From Selaginella moellendorffii (taxonomy: Eukaryota; Plantae; Lycopodiophyta), in contig NW_003314335.1 in NCBI RefSeq assembly GCF_000143415.4, forward strand, positions 1 to 10,678: a stretch of 10,678 nt of DNA, read 5' to 3'. The position numbers and the translations under genes are program-made. A model generated the notes under the pieces. The model saw nothing but the letters and a program-made list of their open reading frames with translations. It did not search any database and was not told the DNA's origin. Below, in pieces: positions 1-7,456 of this stretch (positions within the stretch are counted from its first letter, which is position 1; the number at the start of each line of letters is the position of its first letter).

Positions 1-76
1 AAAAAAGAAGGGGTGAAGGGGTTGTGAAAGACGGCAGTTCAGCACAGGACGCACCGGTTACGTTCTCGATGAGGAC

Positions 77-537
77 TTGATGTCCCTGTGCATCACTCCA
101 TTGAGATGGCAGTAGTGGAGGCCCTCGAGGATCTGCTTGAGGTAGCACTTGATCTCCGGGGCCGAGAACTTATGCCGGTGGATGAGCCCACAAAGGTCGT
201 GCTTCATATACTCGAAGACAAGGAAGATGTCGGTGGCCGCGTAGATCACATCCAGGAGCTTGACAACGTGATCGTTGTTGAGCAGCCGGAGGACCTTGAT
301 CTCGATGGCAATCGACGCCGGCACATCGCGCAGCTCGCCGCCGGCCTCTCTGACCTTTAGCGTCGCCTCTTTGGGGTCGACCCTTAGCCGCTTGATTGCC
401 ACGCGCTCGCTGGTCTGCTTGTCCGTGGCCAGGAACACCTTGCCATACTTCCCGCGGCCGATCGATTCCACTGCCACATACCTCTCAAGCGCTGGGAACT
501 CCTGTGACAAGATTTCGCCCCCTTCGCTCACTCCCAT
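77..537 (-). CDS. Cyclin-dependent kinase-like protein (CDKC/CKL-related), first coding exon; gene continues or is truncated beyond the left edge
   Basis: Translation shows kinase subdomains I-VIb: IGRGKYGKV, VAIK, PASIAIE at the PSTAIRE position, LVFEYMKHDLCGL and EIKCYLKQILEGLHYCH..VMHRDIK. The last two segments closely resemble plant CDKC (LVFEYMDHDLTGL, QIKCYMKQLLTGLHYCH..VLHRDIK). Similarity stops after HRDIK. A weak donor (aa|GTCCTC, after 77) and a minus-strand pyrimidine tract at 1-21 suggest an intron; the 3' boundary is uncertain. Confidence 0.88.
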
Positions 538-665
538 AGCCTATCCACAAACCCTAAAGGAATGAGCCTTATAAACCCTAATAGCCAGCCGTGGATCTCT
601 TTTCGTCCCAGCCGTTGGATCCCAGATCTTTGTAGGAGAGCGGTTTTCACCTTTTAGGGCTCGAA
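538..665. promoter_or_regulatory. Putative bidirectional promoter/5'UTR interval with two telo-boxes and an MSA-type motif
   Basis: 128 bp between divergent ATGs (537 minus, 666 plus). AAACCCTAA at 549-557 and 573-581, reverse telo-like TTTTAGGGC at 652-660, AGCCGTTGGA (reverse complement TCCAACGGCT, fits YCYAACGGYY) at 610-619, and a degenerate AGCCGTGGAT at 587-596. Confidence 0.6.
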
Positions 666-3600
666 ATGTTGCCCGCGATGGAGGAAGATGACGAGAGCTC
701 CGATTCCAGCTTCTCGACCGTGTCATCGTCGGCGCCGCTGACAAGGAATGCAAGCGGCATTGGCTGCTCCTCGATCTTTACCAGGATTCGAGGAGGTCGA
801 GGTAGGCAGCATCGCCAGCATCATCGCGCCAGGGGCGGCGGCGATCGAGCTGGTGCTGTCAGGATCGGATCGAGCCCTTACAAATTGCAGGAGAGGATTC
901 TGTCCAGGCAGAAGGGAGACGCGAGGAATCGATCGGGGCTGGGCCAATTGCTCTCGCCGGATCGTCTCAACGTGTCTGTTGCTCGCAATATTTTTCCTGG
1001 CGACAATGTGGTGGATGTACAGAAGGAACAGGCCAGCTCCTTTCGGCGAGATAGAATGTCGCAGAAACTTTGCGAAGCGTCGGGAACCAAGATCGAGCAG
1101 CCCCACAAATCTGGAACTCTATCATCAGCCATCGCGGAAATCTTTCGCTGTTTCATCTGCTTGGGAAAGGTAGTAGTCTTTCTCGTTCCATATAGAGTCT
1201 CACTGACCGTTCTTTGTTTTGTTTCTTCATTCCAGCTTATGGATGCTCAACTTTGTCCATGCTGCTCTAAGCTGGTGTGCATGCTATGTATCAAAGTACG
1301 CCTTGCAGCCTGAATCATTTCCAAGGTCATTTGATAAACTCAAGCTCTTCTCACTTCTTTTTCTCATCTGTGTCGTCGGCCTGGTTGCAGCGCTGGTTAA
1401 CCGATCAGAAGCCCGAGTGCCCTCACTGCCGTGCCTCGCTCTCGGTCTCGCAACTTGTAGGCTGCAAATTCATTTCCGAGATTACGACGGTACGTGAGTT
1501 TGCGAGTTCCGACTGACTTCTCATTCATTTTGCTTTCGCAGGAAGTGGAGAAAATACACGGGAATTTTGACGAGGATGCTCCACCAGAGAAGGTAGAAGG
1601 CTACATTTTCGTGTGCTCGCACCGACCTTTTCTATTGCAGATTTGCCCAGCTCATGGCAGTCCACTTTCGTATTTCTGCACCACATGCTCGACTGCAGTG
1701 TGCTCCGACTGCGCCATCCTGGCCGAGGTCATACTCGCTCTTTCTTTTTTCACTTATCTTACTCTGGTTTCTATAGAGCCACCAAAACCACTCGTTTGAA
1801 CGCCTAAATGTGACCTATGGAAGGCATTCCAAAAAATTGCATGTCGAGGCATCAGCTCTACGTTCACGTCTTAAAGTAAGGATTATTACGACTGTTAGGT
1901 GTAATGCTAAGTCTTCTCTTTTGCTCAGGATTTGTATGATATGCTGGCGTCGGTTGACAATGACATTGAAGCTGTCTTGAAGGTATATCATATGTTTGCG
2001 TGTGTGACTTATGTCCTTAAGAACAGGCCAAAGATGATCAAGCGACTGAGATTGAAGCGGCTTTCAAAAGAATGCGGGTGAGAACTGCTTTCTTTTTGCA
2101 AGAACAGGAATTGCTATCGTTTTACTGATGTGATATGCAGGCGAAGCTCGAAGAACAGCTCAAATGCAAGCTGCTGACACTATTGGCACAGAAGGGTGCT
2201 GTTTCTCAAGAGGTATGAGATTTTATTTATGCTACGGCTCAGCCTGATTTGCTGGCCTCTGCAGGTGGAGTTGTTAGAGACCATTTTGCGTCAACTTGAT
2301 TTTCAATTAACTACATCGTCCAAGAGCGATCTCATCGCTCATGAACCGACAATTACATGTATTATACAGGTGATACTGGTTCTTGTTGTGTAGCGCACGA
2401 TCTCATTCGATAAGTTTCCAGGACTTGCACAAGAAAATCAATCTTGAATTAAGGCGGGACCCTGTTTCTTCAGATTTTGTTTCCGAGGTATCCCACACGA
2501 GCTAACTTTATGCATATACAATTTTTGTGGTAGGTTATTCCTCCGTTTGAGCACGGGGAGCTTGTTCTTAAGAACTTCAGAAAGTATTTGCATGCGAAAC
2601 CAAGCAAGAGCAACGATTCTTCTAGTACAACTGACTCCACAAGCGACATCGTTTACAGTGCGGTGGGTACCTTAGATGCAGTGGACATAACAAGGAGGTG
2701 AAATAATGGCATCTTGTTTGAAACTTGTCACTGCTAACTAAAACTTCTTCGTTACTGTAGCCGATTTCTGCCGCCGGGATTACCTGGCGCCTAAAGGTAC
2801 TTGAACTGTTCGTGCGGTTGCAGTCACGATCCTGACTTGATCGTGCAGCTGTATCCAAATGGTAGTGGTTCATCGAAGGGAAGCCACATTTCTGCATTTC
2901 TTGAGGTCGGCCTCTTCATTCAATGTACCTGAGAAAAACTAACGCTAGTCACGTCTAGATGGTCAAAGGTGGCTCTGAGCCTACAACATATGAATATGGC
3001 ATAGAGATGTTACATCGTTCGCAGCCGCACATGAAAGTTGTGAGGCGATTCTCTTCGGATTTTGAGGCAATCGATATCTCCAGATCATTTGATTGTAACT
3101 TACAAGGGCCACATTACAGGAAGGTGCATGCTGGGGGTACTATCAATTTTTCAAGATTGATGACCTTGAAAACGAAGGGTACCTTCTTCCGGGGGAAGAT
3201 ACACTTACGCTGAGCTTTTACGTCCGAGCTCAAACGTCAGTAATCCAATCCATTGATTGATGACTGTGACACTTGATGAATTTGACGCCGTGCTTTCGAT
3301 TCAGGTTCTTGCAACAATGCCTGGATCTGAGAAGAGCACTGTCATCGTGTCAAGCAGAACGGCAGGAAGCGGTGACGCAGGTAAAGCACGAGCGCCGTCC
3401 TTCTCTTAGTTCCGAGTTCTTACACTCAGCTTCAGGTGGCGGTCCTGCGGCGAGCTTTCGCATCGTCAATCTGGCAGCAGCGCCGGAGGAAGAACGGCAG
3501 CGTCTCCGAGCTGGAAGACAACCAAGGATCGATAAAGCAGGTCCTGGCGGGTGCAGTGTCAAGCCTCTTGCCAACTTTTGAACAGCCCAACCCAAAGGCT

Positions 3601-3945
3601 GCCAGGGACACATTCAGCCGCTTGGACAAGATACTCCTCAGCGGTGTTCCAACATCAGACGCTCCCCAGAAGTCTGAGGTGGACGACCGCAGCGACGCCC
3701 CATCAATGGCGCTGTCCCAGGCATCGGTGCAGCCAGAGAGCAGGGAGAAGTGTGAGCTGTGGCTCAAGAGCCGAGACAACTTGTTCCAGATGCCAGCTAG
3801 TAGGAGCAAGTTTTATGGTCGCAGGGGCCACAGGCACAGGAAGAGCAACAGGGCCTTCGATGTCGTTTCGCTTGCCAAGCGCACCAGAATGGCGACGCTG
3901 CCTTGCGCCATACTGGAAGGAAACGACGAGAGCGTCAATACGTGA
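666..3945 (+). CDS. TRIM37: TRIM37-like E3 ubiquitin ligase (RING, B-box, coiled-coil, MATH/TRAF), 19 exons, about 745 aa
   Basis: Exons: 666-1169, 1236-1295, 1391-1489, 1542-1592, 1641-1727, 1777-1875, 1929-1982, 2027-2077, 2141-2212, 2265-2369, 2422-2487, 2534-2583, 2626-2662, 2761-2796, 2849-2905, 2959-3066, 3120-3235, 3305-3380, 3436-3945 (sum 2238 nt, open frame). Spliced product: [50 protein letters not shown] (RING), CPAHGSPLSYFCTTCSTAVCSDC..SHQNHSF (B-box), AKLEEQLKCKLLTLLAQK (coil), GITWRLKLYPNG..YEYGIEM..FSSDFEEGACWGY..EGYL (MATH). This is collinear with human TRIM37 as I recall it ([62 protein letters not shown]). Start (666, 678 or 1056) and structure upstream of about 1120 are uncertain. 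Confidence 0.92.
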
Positions 3946-3978
3946 TTGTCGAGGTAATTTTTTGCTTGGTGGAAAAGT

Positions 3979-4140
3979 TTGGATTAAGTTTACTCTTCCC
4001 GGCTTACTTTAATAAACACTTTTCAGGTTACAAACTGAAATGATCAGAAAGTTATTAATGTTCAAGGAATTGGATTAAGTTTAAATGGATTCTTAAAAGT
4101 ACAAACTGAAATGCTGCTAGTGTATGAGCAAGTTGTTAAT
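3979..4140 (+). repeat. Degenerate two-copy tandem duplication downstream of TRIM37
   Basis: Three blocks recur in the same order: TTGGATTAAGTTTA (3979-3992, 4070-4083), TACAAACTGAAATG (4029-4042, 4100-4113), AAGTTRTTAAT (4049-4059, 4130-4140). Confidence 0.8.
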
Positions 4141-4427
4141 TTTTAGCCAATTAAGGGAACTAACTAGTTGCCTTAGTCAAAATTGATTGGTATCACAAAT
4201 TCCATTAAACATGATTTCTCTTTCATTGGTGAAAGATTAATGAAGCTGCATTTCAGATTGTAATCCTTGAGTGACATCAGCCTGGGGTCAGAATTTGCTT
4301 GAATTAGGAGGAAGACCAGGCTGAACCTTCTCAGAGTCAATGCCAATTTTCTGGTGGGACATTGTTGTTTTCAGCTTTTAAATACTTGCCAGCTGCATTA
4401 TCATTGAAAGTCCCTCCCACTGAATTC

Positions 4428-4767
4428 TTATGCCCACAGAAAGTGGAGGGCAAAGATTGAAATCCCCAAGGCCGTTGACATCTCCATCACCCCAACAGTG
4501 GAGTGTGTCAGCAATGCAGCAAGCAACACCAACATTATGGTGATGTTGCCCCACAAATCCCTGTGATCCAAACGTCACAAGAGAAAAGAAGAGAAGTGTG
4601 GAAGCTCACCTTATCTGATCACACTCTCTCTCAAGTATCAAATTGAATGAATGGATGCTTCTCTCCACATACCTAGCCCCACTCTTGCAATTTGCCTCCA
4701 TACTTTTGTTCAGGGATTTTTCTACCATTTCTCTATTGAGTGTTTGGATTCCTTTGGGATTCTCCAT
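4428..4767 (-). CDS. Possible two-exon orphan small membrane protein (96 aa), or pseudogene/lncRNA
   Basis: Exons 4767-4610 and 4560-4428 flank a clear 49-nt minus-strand intron (AG|GTGAGC, long pyrimidine tract, CACAG|). Splicing gives MENPKG...ECDQIRDLWGNITIMLVLLAALLTHSTVGVMEMSTALGISIFALHFLWA*. I recognise no homolog. Confidence 0.35.
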
Positions 4768-4892
4768 TCCATTCCCACGTTCTAACTCATGCAAGACAAC
4801 GATTTGGGAGATTCCGAGCTTCCCAAATGTAGCGATTCACAGCGGTCCAGCAAAAAGAAAGGCCGAGATCGAGAAAACTGGACGAAATTTTG

Positions 4893-4911
4893 AAGAGACA
4901 AGTTGTCTCTT
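4893..4911. repeat. Perfect 9-bp inverted repeat containing two TGTCTC (AuxRE) half-sites
   Basis: AAGAGACAA-G-TTGTCTCTT, i.e. GAGACA-N3-TGTCTC. Confidence 0.75.
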
Positions 4912-4984
4912 AAAAGGAGTGGGTGAGTGAGAACTCGCTTTCGCAACTAGCAGCGTATCTCTGTCGCGAATGACAAAAACAAAA

Positions 4985-5125
4985 GCTTTAGGGCTCCATC
5001 TGACGTGGGTCCGACTCGGCGAAGATACCGCCGCGTGGCGAGACAGCTCGGACGCCACGTCACGCGGTTTGGGCGCGCAATTATTGGTCACGGTGCCCCG
5101 TACGGGCACTTTGGGCCTCCGTACA
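4985..5125. promoter_or_regulatory. Probable proximal promoter of the ACR gene
   Basis: GC/CpG-rich cluster of plant motifs: ACGTGGGTCC (about 5003-5012, ACGT core plus TCP-like), GCCACGT (about 5054-5060, ABRE/G-box-like), palindromic CCCGTACGGG (5097-5106), site II TGGGCC (5112-5117), CCGTAC (5119-5124). Confidence 0.45.
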
Positions 5126-5452
5126 GGTGACAACTTGGAGCCAACACGAATGGTTTGGCGAGGGATTTTTTTTTTGAAGGAGAGTAGCGAAGGGGTCAGC
5201 GGCGGCGGTGGCGGCGGGGCTTTTCTTTTCTCTTGTTTCTCCGGCGCGGCGGCTGGATTCTTTCGATAGCAGCGAGGATTTTGGATTGCATTGGATTGGA
5301 TCGTGCTCCAGGATTGTTGGGGATTTCGCATCTCCCGCGCGGCGCTGGCGTGTCTAGGGCCGCGGGGCAGCTCCCAGGAGCTGCGCAGCGTTCTTGCTGA
5401 GGCGGTGCGGCAAAGAAATCGGGGATTTCTCCCCGGGATTTTGGAGCTGTCC

Positions 5453-5473
5453 ATGCGCGGCGCCCGAAAATGA
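5453..5473 (+). promoter_or_regulatory. uORF (MRGARK*) whose stop overlaps the ACR start codon (ATGA)
   Basis: ATG CGC GGC GCC CGA AAA TGA. The TGA at 5471-5473 overlaps the main ATG at 5470-5472. Confidence 0.55.
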
Positions 5474-7336
5474 GGTGAGCCGGAAGAGCTTTCTTGGTCG
5501 AAATTTCTCGCTCTCAGAGTCCATGGATTGGATTGCAGCAGCACCAGCGTCTCCGGACGAGGCTGTCCATATTTCGACCCGGAATACGACACTCTTTCGC
5601 TAAGATTAGATCCTCCAAGGTGAAATTTCTCCTCGAGCATGCGGTCGAATTCTTTTGGAGCTAACCTTTCCCCTCTGGCGAATTTGCGTGACTGGCAGTG
5701 TCGTGATCGATAACACAAGCTGTCCGGACGCCACGCTTATCAAGGCAACCCCCTTACCTGTCTGTCTGTGCTCGTCTTAAATACTTTTTTCTTTCCACCA
5801 GGTTGATAGCAAAAACAAGCATGGAATTCTTCTCGAGGTCGTCCAAGTTCTCACAGACCTCGACCTGGCGATTTCCAAGGCCTACATTTCTTCCGATGGT
5901 GGCTGGTTTATGGATGGTAAGAAGGACGAACCTTGCAAAGCTTTTCTATTTGCTTTAGAACGAGAGTAAAGGTAGAACTTTAACCATTCTTTCTGTCAGT
6001 CTTCCATGTGACGGATCAGCTGGGAAACAAGCTCATAGACGAGGGAATCATCGATTACATCCAGCAGGTACCCACTAAGCTCTACACTTCCAGGTACTGT
6101 GGTTGCCACTAGCATAATTTACTAACTGCAAGAGCTTGCTTGCTTGCGGATTTACATGGCAGTCGCTCGGAGCAAAGCAAGATTCCCAGACGACCGAGGT
6201 ACAAACTTGTCTCGGCCGGCGGTTCAGCTTACGGTCCAACACAGAGCAAACTGCCATCGAGCTTTGCGGGAGGGATCGCCCGGGCCTCCTCTCCGACATC
6301 TCTGGAGTCCTCAAGGACATGATGTGCAACGTTGTGGCTGCGGAGGTGTGGACGCACAACTTGAGAGTGGCTTGCGTGGTCTACGTCACGGACGAAGTCA
6401 CGGGTGGCCCCATCGAAGACGAGAAGAAACTGGCGGTAATCAAGGCGAGGCTGTCCCAAGCTTTGCAAGGTGACGAGAGCGGAAAAGGCTCCAAGACCGA
6501 TATCCCGATGGCCGTGCTCCACACCGAGAGGCGGCTCCACCAGATCATGTCCGCCGACTTTGCTGCCATCCAGCCGGAGTCGACGAACACTTTCGTGGCC
6601 GCCGCCGATAAGACCAGGCCAGCCATCTCTGTCCAGAACTGCGCCGAGAAGGGATACTCCGTCGTCAACGTCCGGTGCAAGGACCGCCCAAAGCTACTCT
6701 TCGACACGGTGTGTACGTTAACCGACATGAAGTACGTCGTCTTCCATGCCGCTATCCGGTCCGAGGGATCTTTCGCCTATCAGGTACGCACATTTCCGTT
6801 TCTCTCCACGCAACTGAAATCGCTTTCACCAGGAGTACTACATCCGCCTCATGGATGGCTGCACGCTAAAGTCGGAAGCCGAGCAGGAGTACGTCGTCAA
6901 GTGCTTGGAAGCCGCCATAGAAAGACGAACCGGCGGGGTAAGCTTTCACAATTCATTAAATCTCGGAGAAGAAGAAGAATAGCTTTGATTTTTCTTCCAG
7001 GGAATCCGGCTGGAGCTTTGCACCAAGGACAGGGTGGGCCTCCTGTCCGACGTGACTCGCATCTTTCGCGAGAACGGACTCTCGGTGACGAGAGCGGACG
7101 TGTCCACACAAGGTGACAAGGCCGTCAATGTGTTCTACGTGACGGACGCGTCCGGGAACCCGGTGGACAGGCGGATCGTGGAGGCGACGCGCAAGGAAAT
7201 CGGGCAAAGCATTCTCCAGGTGAAGGATTTGACGCCTTCTTCCCCAAACTCCCAGCACGAGGTCGCGAGCAAGTCGAGGTTCTCGTTTGGGACCTTTCTC
7301 TACAGCCTCGGCCTGATAAACTCGCAACAAGTCTAG
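5470..7336 (+). CDS. ACR: ACT domain repeat protein (plant ACR family, four ACT domains, ACR1-3-like N-terminus), 8 coding exons, about 465 aa
   Basis: Exons: 5470-5474, 5518-5619, 5699-5744, 5802-5916, 6000-6067, 6163-6783, 6833-6937, 7001-7336 (1398 nt). Hallmarks: [134 protein letters not shown]. Confidence 0.95.
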
Positions 7337-7456
7337 AGCTTGAATCACAGCCGTTGGATGGCGAACGCCGGATGGTTGTGACCGTCCGTTTGTATAACAG
7401 CCGGAGTTTGAATCACAACCGTTGGATGGCGCCGACCGTCCGTTTGTTGGAATCAC
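7336..7456 (+). repeat. Imperfect tandem duplication between ACR and carA
   Basis: GAGYTTGAATCACARCCGTTGGATGGCG at 7336-7363 and 7404-7431, each followed by GACCGTCCGTTTGT (7380-7393, 7434-7447). A third GAATCAC occurs at 7450-7456. Confidence 0.9.

Noticed and set aside
88-565. Plus-strand ORFs 88-360 and 275-565
   Set aside because: Antisense shadows of the GC3-rich kinase exon.
549-581. Interstitial telomere
   Set aside because: Isolated single units near start codons fit telo-box elements, not a telomeric array.
3427-3435. Tandem acceptors CAG-CTT-CAG in TRIM37
   Set aside because: Both are in frame and differ by two residues; a common feature that only makes the exon start (3430 or 3436) uncertain.
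5523-5603. ATG 5523 as the ACR start
   Set aside because: Out of frame with the conserved PYFDPEY motif and stops at 5603.
4837-5718. 293-aa minus-strand ORF
   Set aside because: Antisense to the GC-rich ACR promoter/leader, Arg/Pro/Ser-rich with no domain; the poly-Pro comes from a GGC repeat. Likely a shadow ORF.
6068-6162. Internal TTCCAG|GTACTG (6088-6099) as a recursive splice site in ACR intron 5
   Set aside because: The first segment would be only 26 nt, well below the 42-nt minimum seen here. As a donor it would add 26 nt and break the frame.
6136-7116. 326-aa ORF as a standalone gene
   Set aside because: It is ACR exon 6 plus read-through of intron and off-frame sequence.
7336-7456. 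CRISPR-like array or tRNA/snoRNA
   Set aside because: Only two imperfect copies with related spacers in a eukaryotic context; no cloverleaf or convincing C/D or H/ACA boxes.
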